Assembly (NCBI GenBank): GCA_903813345.2
Contig: CAIIXF020000001.1
Coordinates: forward strand, 41,850,001 to 41,914,000
DNA: 64,000 nt
DNA from: Owenia fusiformis
Taxonomy: Eukaryota
Direction: 5' to 3'
Below, piece after piece: positions 25,131 to 40,100 of this stretch. Each line of letters opens with the position of its first letter. The first letter of the stretch is position 1. The notes below the pieces were generated by a model. That model was not told where the DNA came from, searched no databases, and saw only the letters and a list, made by a program, of their open reading frames with translations. Position numbers and translations under genes: made by a program.

Positions 25131-26780
25131 TGTCAAAGATCTCAACACAAGAGTATACTTGTATAAGTGCAGTAGCTTGAGTAATCATGGCTGCAAGTGA
25201 TAATAGTATAGACATGTAAAGGGTGTCATGAATGCTGCATTTAGAGTTTGATGCATCATGCACATAAGACACCTAGACTTGTGCCCCATGCATACAAGAC
25301 ACGTAGACCTTTGTGTTTCATGTGCACAAAACAATACATGTAAATTGTAGAACTTTGTGTTACACTGGACACAAAGCACCTAGATATTTGTGTTTTTTGC
25401 ATACAACCTTTGTTTCATGCATACTAAGCACTACAGATCTTTGTTGACATAGATCTTTGTGTTTTATGCATATGCAAAATAATAAATCCTTGTCTTTTGT
25501 ACAGTGATCTGATACATACAAGACATGAAAGAGTTGTGTTTCACGTGGACCTTTGTCCAAAATGAGGCTATTTTACACAGGGGACATTTTGATCACCCTC
25601 AATCCAGTGTTTTAAATCATGAAATATACTGTGGTATACCCTCAGAACAGGGGTAGATTCCATCATTTATTGGTGGATGGAAAGTGCAATATAAAGCAGT
25701 TTTAGTTAATGCCAAGTAATATACATTTAAATTGTTGAAAAGAAACATATAGTGTTCCTGTATCATAGCACAACAGCAAAATTATGATTTATACAGTAAT
25801 GGGTGATGTCATTGTCCAGCATGTAGTTTGCACTGAATGCATCTTGGGAGGAAAACATAAAACATATTGATCCAGAAGAAAAGAGTATGGGTTAGGCGTA
25901 TTGCAATCTTAGTTGCCCTTTGTGTTTAATATTTTACATGCTGTTGGCATGGAAACACAAGAGGCATAAATTTATGGTAAATAAATTGAAAAGTATGTTT
26001 ATGAGAAACATAAGCATACACAGTTCTGAGAGGGTATTGATATATTAGTATCTGTGTAATATTACTTACACTACTTTGTACAACATAATATATTGACTTA
26101 CTTATGAGCTATAGTATTAAGGGTTTTGAGTACCTCATTGTTTAAAGTTTCCAGCTGAAGATTGTTTAGCAGAAAGTTTGTGATATTTTATTCCCAAATA
26201 ACAGCTGACTAAGCGCATGGTACATTGTGTTATTTGTTAAAGTGCATATATAATTATGTTATCACAGTGGGGCGACTACTTAAGGTAGTAGCTGCTGCTG
26301 AATAGTTTTTTTCTGTCATTTTAGTTATACACTATATATGACACGTTGTATTTCTTCATTTTAAAACCAGCACTATTACTCTTAATATTTTTCACAAAAT
26401 AATTATTGAATTTTGGTGTTTGGTTTGTGAGATGTATCTTGGATGCCAAATAGTTAGATTAAAAGATTCATAATATTAGATGTTTTAGGGGCCGGGTTAA
26501 AATATCAATGTCAATTTCTTCATTTATGATGGGGGCTTTTAAGAATTATTGAAATTAACATAGGTAACTATATCAGTGCTCTTGAACTTTAATAACAGTA
26601 AACTCTTCAAAATAATATATTTTTCACCTTGGTCTTTGAAGTAACAAAAGTATCAGAGATTTTAATCCCGGTGTTTGAATCATAGTTTTGATAGATTGGG
26701 ATTTTCAGAAAAAAAACTATGATGTAGTTAGTTACTAGGGGAAACATGTGTTGTTCCTTGTTATTATATCGTACTACATA

Positions 26781-27393
26781 CAGGGTGGGCCAAAAAAACG
26801 CCACTTTTTTTTCAAGACACTACAACTTTTTTCTTTTCCAACCTACTTACCTCAAATTTTGCAGTTATATAGTGCCAAAGGTTCTTAGCAATAATATAAT
26901 GTAACAAGTCATTCAACTATTTGATCTAAAAGGGGAGTTCAATTGGTCCGCCACCCTAATTGATGGTATATTTTAGATTTAGTCGCCTTGCTGATATTGC
27001 AGTATCAATGAAATGTTGGCTAAGTTTTTTCCAACCTGTCTAAATTCCCAGCTTTAGTTGAGCAATTTTCTAGATTGGGTGCCTTCATACAATCTCCTGG
27101 AGACCTTCCCATACCCTATACTCACTGGGGTTTGAATCAGGGCTATTAGCTTGGCGATCATCAGGCCGTATCAGTTCAGGAATATTTTGCAAATTATGCT
27201 TATTTCTCATGAAAACCACATGTTTAAGTGAGACGCTGGTGACATATTTTATTCAAGTAAAACTGTATAATTAATGATTCATGGCTAGATAACAACCTCA
27301 AGTTTCATTTGGTATGCTAATTATGATTTAATATCAAAAATTAAAAAGTTATAGCATTTTGAAAAAAAGTGGCGTTTTTTTTGGCCCACCCTG
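26781..27393 (-). mobile_element. Tc1/mariner-superfamily (maT/DD37D-like) internally deleted element with a transposase C-terminal remnant
   Basis: TA|CAGGGTGGGCCAAAAAAACGCCACTTTTTTTTCAA ... TTGAAAAAAAGTGGCGTTTTTTTTGGCCCACCCTG|TA. The minus strand at ~27180-27090 translates PELIRPDDRQANSPDSNPSEYRVWEGLQEIV, a decayed WPxNSPDLNPxDYxVW motif. Confidence 0.85.
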
Positions 27394-29599
27394 TATAGTA
27401 CTATATATATATGTAGGCACTGAAGTGTGCAATGCTAGTTATTGAAGACATCATACTGTAAAATGTTATTTATATCATTGATGTAAATGTCTAGATATCT
27501 GCACATGTACTTAGATGTATATATCTTGCTTTTGTATATGTTTTATACCAAGTAAATCCTGTCTAATGTAAACGCCACATTCATCGAGAGAAATTCACAT
27601 GAAAAGAACGATTTTAGCCTCTTGAATACCTCTAAAAGGGTTTTAAACCATAGCTTTAGCACTTTTAATTTTCTGCTAGATTTTTGGACATTTACATCTA
27701 AATACACAATATTTGATGTTTGATTTCATAGGAATAGTAAACATTCACCTGTTACATACATTTTAAACATAATTTGTGTGGATTGGATAAAAATTGTTCT
27801 AGTGAAAAATTCTTTGACAGATATATCTGTCACTCTGGGTTCCCAATGAATTTTATTTGTGACAGAAATATCCATCATTCTTGGTATTCAAGAGGTTAAT
27901 TTGAGTTATAAAGATGTAAACACACACAGGTTTCACTTCAATCATGAACTTCAGGTCCATGCGTCAATTATACAGGGTTACCAAATTCAATCTACTTATT
28001 ATACAATGGGTCAATATAAATATAGAAATGTAAATGTCAAGAAGTGATAAGCATTATGAACATCATTATAGTTTTGTTGATAATTAGCCTATATCACTTG
28101 TAAACTACAGATATTTTCTTTATCAATGTTACTGTGTGATACTAATCATGTCATGGAGATTTTGTATAATTATTTATACGGGAAGGTTTTTATGATTCTG
28201 AGAGAAGTTTTTTGCTTCACATGAAATTTAGTGTGAAATGACCTTTTTAAAGGTACAGTGCACATGTACATTGGTTATGTGTTAACTTACAACATGGTTC
28301 ACTATAATATATTGCATATTTTACAAATTTTAAAGAAGAAATCAAAATTGATCTTAGTTGTATAAAGTTATGTATTTACAATGTAGCCTAGCCTAGTCTA
28401 GAATTGACTATTTTTCACTATTTTCTTTAATTTGTAGAAAATCTTTACTTGATGTGAAGTGACACATTTTAGTGGCAAATGTAAGTAAGTGATTGATATC
28501 TGATGGTTATATCCATTGTGATAACTATAGGATAACTTATTTATTGGTTGTTGTTAACTAGAAAGAGTAAAGCTTGGATATTATGTTTTGTTTGTATTTA
28601 TTATCAGTTGTTTAGATGCTTAATGTGTTCAATTTTCTGTTTGGAAACTCTGCTTTGATTTTTAAAAATAAAAAAAGCCAGTACATGTATTTTATTATGG
28701 TATTGAGATATATCTGTACAATTGAGATAATGAGAAACAAAAAGTAATGCATTTCTTTTTATTATTGTATTGCTATAATCTTGAAACATTACATGTACAT
28801 ATGAACATGTGCAATGTCTTGGTGCCATATTTTCAACTATATGTCCTGTGAAAGTATGTGCTTTCTGGAAAGCTTTAGAAAGCCTATGGTCAAATACAAT
28901 TCCCTCTAAAGGTTTGACAACTAGAAGTTCATTTTTGACCTGTTTATGTTTTAAAAAACATCAATTTTTATGGACATTTCTGACCTATTGTACTTGAGGG
29001 ACAAAATGAGTATCCAGTCCAAACTTCCAGTTGCCAAACTTATGGAGGGGGTGTATACTGATACTTTTATGTACAAACAGGGCGACAAAAACATTGAATT
29101 TGAAATGTAATATCACACTCTCTGGAGTGTCAATTGTAGAATCAAGAATGAAATGAGTTAAACTTACACTCTTCCTAGTTGGGGAACCAAAATATTCATT
29201 AGATGAATTATATTGTATGAAATATGCCAAAATTAATATGATATACAGAGTCATAAAATTTTATGAATGCGTTCTCTTAATATAAAGTATTACAGTAACT
29301 ATAATATACTGTAAAACACATTGAATTCGTGGGAGCACACAGCAGTGTTGTTACCATTTCCAAGCTGAGTTAAATTATATCGAAAATGTTGTATTTCCCA
29401 TCCTTTTCTTTCAAATTTCCCATAATCCTTTGTGAATGAAGATCAGAGGTGATCATCGTCGGCATCTTGCTTCATCAAGCTTCGGATCGCGGAAAGAATG
29501 TAGTGATTGAGCTTGGGAAGCGACGATGCTTGTCTGCTTGAATTAGGCATTGATTATATTGTTATGTGGAATGTGAAAGAAGCTGATTGCTTGGGGGAA

Positions 29600-30062
29600 T
29601 TTATATCGCACCCTTGGTTGCTATATTGTGATCAGCTTGCTCAAAGAGTGTCATCCCCATAATCCTGTCTATATGTTTTCAGGCAAACAGTTCGAGGAAT
29701 TGATTTTAGATTTTCAGGGATAGCTCTATATATGAAAATAAATATCTAGAACTGTTTTGATTTTGGACATGCTGAGTCAATTTAAAAGCAGCCATTTTGG
29801 ATGTTTCAGTCTAAACTGTTTGATGGGTTAATCTATATCTTTTATGATTTTTCTTGGTATGAGATTGAAACTGATTGGCTATGGTAGCCATTTTGGATTT
29901 TCTATCTTAAAATCTTGGGTTGTCTAAAGATTTCGATGCACTGTTGTCTGACAATTTATATTGATTTTCTTATCATTATAATTAATATTGCCAAACTGGT
30001 TAATTTATTTTTTGGGATATTCTATTGAAGGGTACGATATTGTTCACCATGTGTCTTGCTTT
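29600..30062 (+). mobile_element. Possible Helentron/HINE-like element
   Basis: The 5' ATATCGCACCCT and 3' AGGGTACGATAT are subterminal inverted repeats. The interior has GCCATTTTGGA motifs and the element ends in CTTGCTTT. Confidence 0.4.
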
Positions 30063-31137
30063 AAGTTATTTATTATACACCATTTTTGTAATTTACATTG
30101 ATGTCTTGTAAATATTTGTATTTGATATTCAATAAAATTGAATGTAAACATGACATCAAGTTTTATATTTGATTTAAATGGACTGTAGACATTAACTTTT
30201 GGATTTGATTGTGAGTGAAATTCTTAGTTAAATGTTTTCCACCCACATCATTTCATATCTTGCCTTTTTCTAAAATGTCAGTTCTGACTATTTCCTAAAG
30301 TTTTGAGAAAAAATCTGCTCACCTCAAGCAGCTTGTAGAGGTTGGCCCAAAAAGAGGTTGTTAAAACAAAATCCTTCAAGCTTGTGTTATATTTGTTGTT
30401 ATTATTGGAATTTTGAATTCAGTCATTCTACTTTGGGATAAGGAAAAAAATTAATGTGCGACTAATGCAGCTCTACTCTCTATGTCCGTCTCATCAAATA
30501 TGTATTTTTAAGAATGGGAAATTCCTCAACCACAAAATACAATAATGAACAACAAATGATTATCTACCTTTAGCCATTTATATTTTTATTTTACATTATT
30601 CCATTTATATATTCTGTTATGTTTTATACAAATAAAGTTTATTCATCGAATTGAATATTGTTCCAAACATTCCAAACCTATACATTTTAATAATGTAACA
30701 ACTAATTTGTAATTTTTCTCTCATTAGTTTATCTTTACAAATTCTTATATTTTACTGTAAGAATATATTTTTTTGTATTTTGCCATTTTGAACACTCCAT
30801 CATTTCCATGAAAGGTGTAAGATTTGATGGTATTTTACAATGTCATAATATAGATAATGATAAATTATGTGCTCCCTAAAAATAATAAGTATTTTACACT
30901 CTAAATATGAATCTTATATAAAGGGTGTATTTCACATAAATATACAAAGTTAAGATTATAATGAGTCGGGTCTTTCTCATATTTCGTTTCAGCATTGTAT
31001 AACATGCAAAGAACACCAACTGCCAAACACCACCCACAAAAAAAGTTGCAGACTTTAACAGTATGTCACCATCTCTGGTGGCAACATAAAAACTGATCTT
31101 ATATAATTGATGAATGTCGCATAAATATGCAAAGCTT

Positions 31138-34100
31138 TTATCGTCGGTCTGTCTTTCCCATTTTTCTTTTTCCAGCAAACAGATGTTTAGGTTTCTTCTC
31201 TGAAATATGTCTGTCTGATTCTCCAATTTTGCCAAAGCGGTTAAAGTTCTTTTGTTGAGCTTTCTTAGCTATCTTCCTAACCTTAGCTCCCATCTGGAAT
31301 AACATAGATAATATGATATACAAATGAATATCCAAAACTGATCAAAAGTTCAGGTAAATAGTGAGAATTCACTTATATGGAATAAGCAGTTACAATCCAT
31401 TACTAGAAATAAATGGTTACAATTCATATGTGACATAAAAGGTGAGAATTCATTAATGTTAATTGATAATACAAACAAGACAATAACAATATGGCAATTT
31501 TTAAAGTGTGATAGAAAGTAAGTGGTATTTTTATGTCACCACCAAAAAGTGGTGACATATTGTTATGGTCTCCGTTTTTTTGACGGCGATCGGTGGTTGG
31601 TGGTTGACTTCAATTGTTTTCAAAATAATTTACAAATGTTTTCAGAAGTTCAAATCTGACTTTATATTTAAGATTTGACCTTCAATTACCTTTTCAAGGT
31701 CAAAAAGCGTCAAAAAGTTTTTTTCAACTTGCTTCAAATTGACCAATTTTTTTTCAAAGTGCTCAACAGTTCAAATCTGACTATAGATTTGACCTCCAAT
31801 GACATTCTCAAGGCCAAAATAGATTTGACCTTTAATGACCTCAAGGTCAAAAATGTCTTATATCTTGCTTCAACTAGGTGGTGACATTTTGTAATGTTAA
31901 TGCCTTGTTTTTACTAAAACTGTCTACTGAAAGAATGTCTCATACGAGTGTAATATCCTTTTTATCCTTAAGTTTTTGTATGTTTTACATTTAGTTAAAA
32001 CAAGAATATCATACCTCCTTGTCTCTGATGCCAGACTTGTCTCTTGGGGTCCTAGATGAGCTACGTTGTCGACTAGCTGAAGGGTCACGCGATTCAGATC
32101 TTTTGCGCTTCAATGCTTGTCTACTGGCACTCTTAGACCTCTCTCTACCAAGGTGGGACTGAAATATATCCATATATTCATTATTTATCAATTGAAAATC
32201 CATAGCTGTTAATTACTGATGACATTCTAGAGATCACATTTTGTAATATATATACCATAGATTAAAATGTATATATACATTTTGTACAATTGATAACAGC
32301 TATTTGGTAAAGTCCAAAATATTCCATCTCAAAGAATATATTTATTAATTAGTCTTATTCAGAGCTTCTATGCAAATCCATACAGCTGAGTAAAATCTGA
32401 GATGAAATATTTTGAATTATGCAAATTACCAGAATGATGACTTTTCATTGTGATTTACTTAATATGACTTTTCATTATGATTTACATGACTTTTCATTGT
32501 GATTTACTTAATATCACTTTTCATTGTGATTTACTTAATATCACTTTTCATTGTAATTTACTTAATATGACTATTGATTTCCTGTCACACTTACATCTTC
32601 TCCAAACTCCACATCTGCCCCCATTGCCCTCATCTTTCTCTCCATCTGCCTCTCCCGTAGCTTGATTGCTGTCCTGGGTAGGTGAGGCTTCTCTACTTTC
32701 CTCTTGCCCTTTGATTCTATCATTATCAGACCTTTCACTTCTCGGATTCTGAGCACAATCATTTTCATTTAAGTTATATTGATGGGGTTCCTTTCAATGT
32801 GGCTGTATTAGCACAACCAAGCAGATTACAGAAAGGGTCAACAGACTAGAGACAAGTTGAGCTTAACATCAATTAATTAAAAACAGAAGATTTACATGGG
32901 ACTCCAAACTGTAAAGTTCAACAAAGTTTTCTCATTGTAAGGTTAATCGAAAATGTTCACATACAGGGTTCAGCATATTCAATCAAATAACTCACTGTTT
33001 TGCAGTCTTTCTAATTTCCTTCATTTCTTCATCTTCATCACTCATGTCAGAGTCATAAGCCCCAGCCTTCTCTCTTAATTCTTCCTCTCTCTCCAGGGCT
33101 TCTAGTTTCTGAAACACAGTAGAGACATCTATAATATTCTTTACAAAAGATTAAATACATCTACACTCTGCTTAAATACATCTATACTCTGATTAAATAC
33201 ATATATCTACTAACTGATTAAAACACCAACATTTTGTTTGCATAAAGTGGCTGACCTTCATTTCACACTTAAACTCAGATAACAGACAAGGAATTCAAAT
33301 TTATATTTCAGATCAGTGGTATTTTACCAACATCAAAACTGTTAATCATCTGGAGGTTACAAAAGGGCTAAATGCAATGACGAATTATTACCTGGGAAAC
33401 TTTAATATGAGTCTCATGTAAAAATAATATATCTTCATGAACTATGAAACTAGGGAATAAAAGTCCTCTTAAAACATGTAACTTAACATTATTTCTGTGA
33501 ATACTGCTATAAACTATATTCAGTTGATGTATTGATAAATGGGTGAATCAATTTAAACTTTAACTCAATTCAGCTATACCTCCATGATATCTGGATCAAC
33601 AAAGTCTGCAATGTTGTGACCCTCCCAAATCTCAGGTATGACATCATACTTCTCCTCATCATTCTTCAGGTCGTAATGTTTCTGTAGATCCAGTATGTAG
33701 TCATCATCTTCCTCCTCCATTATATCTCTCTCCAATTTACGTTTTGGCTTCTCTCCTGTGTCCATTGCTTGCCTCTTCTTTAGCACAGATTCAGGTATAC
33801 AAGGTGGTCTAGCCTGAAATTACAAAATGTGCATGAAAAACTATTAGGAATACATGGCGTACTGGACTGAAATCACAAAATGCACATGATAGATTCAAGT
33901 ATACATCGTGGTCTAGCCTAAATGCACTCAACAGACCATGGTCTGGCCTAAAATTGCAACCACAGATGAGCCTTCCCTCAGAGGAGTGCATAATTCCAAC
34001 TTTGCCAATTCTTTCTGAATTCTGGATTATTGTGGTTATTATTGAGTGTTCTTATTCACATTCTTAATTACTTCACATATACGAGTAGGTTTCTGTTGAT

Positions 34101-37100
34101 CTTTTACATACATTGGCCCACCCTGTAATATGTGAAATGTAGCTATAACAAATACCAACCTTTGTGTCTCGTTTGGCTGGTACTGCAACATGAAGTCTGT
34201 TTAGCATACTGGTTACCTTCTTTCCCTTCATCTTAACCTCCACTCTCTGAGCTAAAAGTCTGTCACAAGCCTATAGTATTACGAGAAATAATCAGTATAT
34301 GCAAAGCAAAACTTGATAAAGAAGACTCCAGGGGTCAGAATGTATTCATTTTAATACCAGTTACCAAGTCAGAATGATGACATTATTTGGATACAATAAG
34401 TTCTATGTACAATATTATCTAAATAGATGATGCAGTAAACTACACAGACTACAATAGGAGTGATCTAACAATGAACCTTCAGTAATCAAAATATAATCTT
34501 ATATATGAAGATGAGATTTTTATTCACAAACTATATGTAGTTTTTTTTGTTCCCATTTCACTAATGCCTCTTTTTGCAGAACAAAGGAACAAAAATTTGC
34601 CTATTTGTTAACGCTTCTACCATTACTTCTACCATTCTTAGCATGTTCACACAGGGAAATGAGGACTATGGTACATTATAAAAAGCAAATTTTCTCACCT
34701 CAGTTTTTACATTCATTACACCCTCCTCTGACACTGTACTCATCTCCATGACTGATATACCATCTGCTTTGAATTCATCAAACACTTTCTGAAAGGCATA
34801 TTAATCGAATTTGCAATGAAACAGAAATTTTCAAGTAGTATTCATTCACAGAGACAATCTCTAGAATCACATTTAAAAGTTTTCAGCATAGTTGTGACAA
34901 TGGCATGAACTCTATTTTTCTTGCATATCTTTTAACAGATTATGTGTTATGCTGTTTATAGAGTGTTACCAATCCGATACTCTAGATGATAAACTTGATT
35001 GAAGAAAATGAATAACAATATGTTAATAGAAATACGACATCAAGAAATTGACAAGTCCTGATAAGTCTTTTATAAAATCCGATGATATCCTGTTGAGTCC
35101 CATGAAGTTTGCAATGAAAAGACCGAAGAGCAATTCCATTCTTCCACCTATCTTCACCAGATTTATTTGTTAAATGATCATGTGATACTTTCATCCTACA
35201 TACATGACTCCACAGGACCCCAGAGGACTCAACAAGACTCCATGGGACTCGGCAGGAGTCCCAGGAGGGGACTATCGTGGCTATCAAGCTATCGTGCAAG
35301 ACACTTTTAGCTCTTTTGAGGACTCAAAAAGAGCTGTCAATGTGAACCTAGCATAAACAGGGAATTTGTAATACTATGCAATATGATAAGAAACTAGACC
35401 CAAAATAAATGACAACGATCAAGAAACCATTGTGTACCTTTCTCTCATCATCCAACTCATCTATACGCTTCACATCAATCTTATTAACACACACGATCAG
35501 GGGTTTATTGGTGAACAGAGGCTTTATATTGTGAAACAGCTCAATCTGTTCTTCCAGGGATTTCCCACACTGTTCAGAGACATCCATAATGTACAGGATG
35601 GCAGCCCGGAGATGGGCAAGTGCTGTGATTGCCTGCATCTCTATAGTATTGCGCTCTTCTAGAGAATGGTCCAGAATACCTGGTGTATCTACTACCTACA
35701 GATAGCATAATAAAAAGATTATATGTATTTTTAGGAACAGCCTAATTTGAAACAAGAATAATGGAAAATATCTTTTATACTTTAGTTCAACATCCACAGT
35801 ATTTATATGTGATATAAAAACATAGAATATACTTGCTAATTACCTGCCAGCGTAGATACTTGTAGTCAGTATGTCCTACAAACAGTGATTTAGTTGTAAA
35901 TGCATAAGGCTGCACCTCAACATCAGCCCTGGTGATCTGAAACAACAATGCAACTCTCTTTAAATGTATACTTCAATTTCCTTCAATTATCATTGCATCA
36001 CTTTTGAAGATGTAATACTAAATGTAGAACATTGGCTTTTTCATTAATGCAACTGACCCTTAATATTTTACTGTTCCTCATTCTATTTGAAATCTGAGTG
36101 TTCATTAATTGTACAATATGAGATGCCTCTTGTAAACAAAACACCTGATAATCCACATTCACATACTAGCCCTCACTCCCTTCCAAAATCAAAAATGTTT
36201 TTCTCCGCAACTATGATGTGTCAAAATGCAAAATACTTTCTCTTGTGAAATCATTATACAAGAGCATGACTCTAGTGAAATCATTATACTAAGAGCATGA
36301 CTCTTGTGAAATCATTATACTAAGAGCATGACTCTTGTGAAATCATTATACTAAGAGCATGACTCTTGTGAAATCATTATACTAAGAGCATGACTCTTGT
36401 GAAATCATTATACTAAGAGCATGACTCTTGTGAAATCATTATACTAAGAGCACGACTCTTGTGAAATCATTATACTAAGAGCACGACTCTTGTGAAATCA
36501 TTATACTAAGAGCATGACTCTTGTGAAATCATTATACTAAGAGCATGACTCTTGTGAAATCATTATACTAAGAGCATGACTCTTGTGAAATCATTATACT
36601 AAGAGCATGACTCTTGTGAAATCATTATACTAAGAGCATGACTCTTATGAAATCATTATACTAAGAGCAAGACTCTTGTGAAATCATTATACTAAGAGCA
36701 CGACTCTTGTGAAATCATTATACTAAGAGCACGACTCTTGTGAAATCATTATACTAAGAGCACGACTCTTGTGAAATCATTATACTAAGAGCACGACTCT
36801 TGTGAAATCATTATACTAAGAGCACGACTCTTGTGAAATCATTATACTAAGAGCATGACTCTTGTGAAATCATTATACTAAGAGCACGACTCTTGTGAAA
36901 TCATTATACTAAAAGCATGACTCTTGTGAAATCATTATACTAAGAGCACGACTCTTGTGAAATCATTATACTAAGAGCACGACTCTTGTGAAATCATTAT
37001 ACTAAGAGCACGACTCTTGTGAAATCATTATACTAAGAGCACGACTCTTGTGAAATCATTATACTAAGAGCACGACTCTTGTGAAATCATTATACTAAGA

Positions 37101-40100
37101 GCACGACTCTTGTGAAATCATTATACTAAGAGCATGACTCTTGTGAAATCATTATACTAAGAGCACGACTCTTGTGAAATCATTATACTAAGAGCATGAC
37201 TCTTGTGAAATCATTATACTAAGAGCATGACTCTTGTGAAATCATTATACTAAGAGCACGACTCTTGTGAAATCATTATACTAAGAGCATGACTCTTGTG
37301 AAATCATTATACTAAGAGCATGACTCTTGTGAAATCATTATACTAAGAGCATGACTCTTGTGAAATCATTATACTAAGAGCACGACTCTTGTGAAATCAT
37401 TATACTAAGAGCAAGACTCTTGTGAAATCATTATACTAAGAGCATGACTCTTGTGAAATCATTATACTAAGAGCACGACTCTTGTGAAATCATTATACTA
37501 AGAGCACGACTCTTGTGAAATCATTATACTAAGAGCACGACTCTTGTGAAATCATTATACTAAGAGCACGACTCTTGTGAAATCATTATACTAAGAGCAC
37601 GACTCTTGTGAAATCATTATACTAAGAGCAAGACTCTTGTGAAATCATTATACTAAGAGCACGACTCTTGTGAAACCATTATACTAAGAGCACGACTCTT
37701 GTGAAATCATTATACTAAGAGCACGACTCTTGTGAAATCATTATACTAAGAGCACGACTCTTGTGAAATCATTATACTAAGAGCACGACTCTTGTGAAAT
37801 CATTATACTAAGAGCACGACTCTTGTGAAATCATTATACTAAGAGCACGACTCTTGTGAAATCATTATACTAAGAGCAGGACTCTTGTGAAATCATTATA
37901 CTAAGAGCACGACTCTTGTGAAATCATTATACTAAGAGCATGACTCTTGTGAAATCATTATACTAAGAGCACGACTCTTGTGAAATCATTATACTAAGAG
38001 CACGACTCTTGTGAAATCATTATACTAAGAGCATGACTCTTGTGAAATCATTATACTAAGAGCACGACTCTTGTGAAATCATTATACTAAGAGCACGACT
38101 CTTGTGAAATCATTATACTAAGAGCATGACTCTTGTGAAATCATTATACAATAGGATCGTAACAAACCTTATTTATGAAGCTTGATTTTCCAACATTTGG
38201 GAAACCACATATCAGCAGAGTTCTTGTGTTTGGATCAATAGAGGGCAGTCTGGATAAATGTTGTCTCACTTGCTCTAAATATGCCAAACTCTGTGCCTGC
38301 CTCTTCATGATAGTGCACATCCTAAAAGATGAATATTATGTTAAAAGTAGACTATAACATTTGGAAAGAACTGTAATTAACACAAAACATCTACAGGGTA
38401 TGTAATTTCCCAAAATAAAGTATGGAAATAGAAATCAAGTTGAGACAATTTAAACAAGCCATTAACATTACAAAATGTCCCCAAATGATAAATTATTGCA
38501 AATGGTTATAACTTATAAAAGTGTAACTACTGTACTTGTTACAGATAGAAAATGGTGAATGTAAATGCTAAATGTAAATAAAAAGTGATGGCTTTAGCAA
38601 TACGCCAACACTTCTTCATTATGGCGTACAAACCTGGGAATGCACTGAACTCATTTTCAATCAATTATGTTTGGCCAAGAAGTAATTCTCTGAATAGTAA
38701 ATCTTACCTTCCCAAGGCAGCTCTTTTAAGTTGCTTACATCTGTACAGTGAGTCTCCATACTTCATCAGCCTTGTATAATCTTTGGATACACTACAACAC
38801 ATACAGTACATACAGTGCATTTAGCCAATTAAAATCAAACAAATTAAACAAGACAAAGAACAACTTTAAATTATAATTTTCATGAGGAAACAGTTGAAGA
38901 ATTCTTCATAACAATCAACAACTTTGGAAAAAGTAGTCGAGAAAATTGCCTGTTATAAATGAAACATCTGATTACTTATGTCAGGGATATTCAAAGCACT
39001 GAAGCAATTAGTCAAAGGAAAATTTAAATATGAGCTTTTAAAAATTATTATGCATCCAGTCGAAAATCAGCTTTACAATTTGGGAAACACTAAAATATTG
39101 ATATTTGACTTGCTTTGGATCATTTGACTTGTTGCTTGTCTGATGTCGGGACAAAGGACTCTTTGCTGGAATTTATTTTCGCCAATCATGGAAAGTGCCA
39201 AAGTTTTCTAACGATACTTTCTAACATTTACTACTACTAGAATTGATTGACGGAAGATTCCTCACCTGTCTATTAGATGTCTAGCTGTGTTGATCTGACC
39301 AAGGGCAAGTTTGTAATGGTCTCTATCATACAATACATTCATCAAGTCGGCATAGAACGGATGAATGTCCTTGAAGTAGGAAAATAAGCTGATCATTGAC
39401 TGACTGTTGAGTGCAAGACACTTAAAACATTTTTATGACCAAACAGTTGCTAAATCAAGAGTTGTATAAACTGAAGCTATTAAATCAAAATACACGTGTA
39501 CATGGTTGATTGCTTTAATATCACACTAAAATCATGAGATTGAAAGGAATCTACTGATGAAATGTCTAAAATTGTTGATATAGTGCGCATACAGATATTT
39601 ACCTGCAATTTTGGAAAATCTGTAAGAATCATTGTAAGCTTATCATGATAGTTCTGTTGAGTATACTTGATTTTGCGCATGTAGAAGGTTCGTATTCTCC
39701 CAATGGCATATTGCTTATGTATAACTGTAGGGGTTTTCCTCTGTGTTTTTGATAAAACAATATCAATGAAGTCCTGGAAAGATAGAGAGTACATGTAATG
39801 CTTCAGAAGACAACTAAAAACAAGATGAATATAATAGAGTACACAGACACAATAATAGCACTTTTTAGACAATCCAAAAGTTGTTACAGTGGGGGACATA
39901 AAGAATTGCTATAGCTATGAAAATTACATGCTGTCGCACCTCAGTGTATTCAGTGCTCTATTTTCTCTGTCCTAGTAAATCCAAATATAGTGGAATTTGT
40001 GCCCATAATGACAAATAGGAACTTAAAAAGTTGAAGTGGATATTCACATGTTAATGCCCACTCTTCAAATGTTGAGGTGATTTTGGAGCCTGATTACGCT

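Noticed and set aside
36240..38149. CRISPR-like 31-bp repeat with internal palindrome
   Set aside because: There are no unique spacers and no cas genes, and it lies in a eukaryotic intron.
39928..40025. H/ACA snoRNA candidate on the minus strand (AGAGAA ... ACA)
   Set aside because: The putative 3' hairpin is only ~25 nt and lacks a pseudouridylation pocket.
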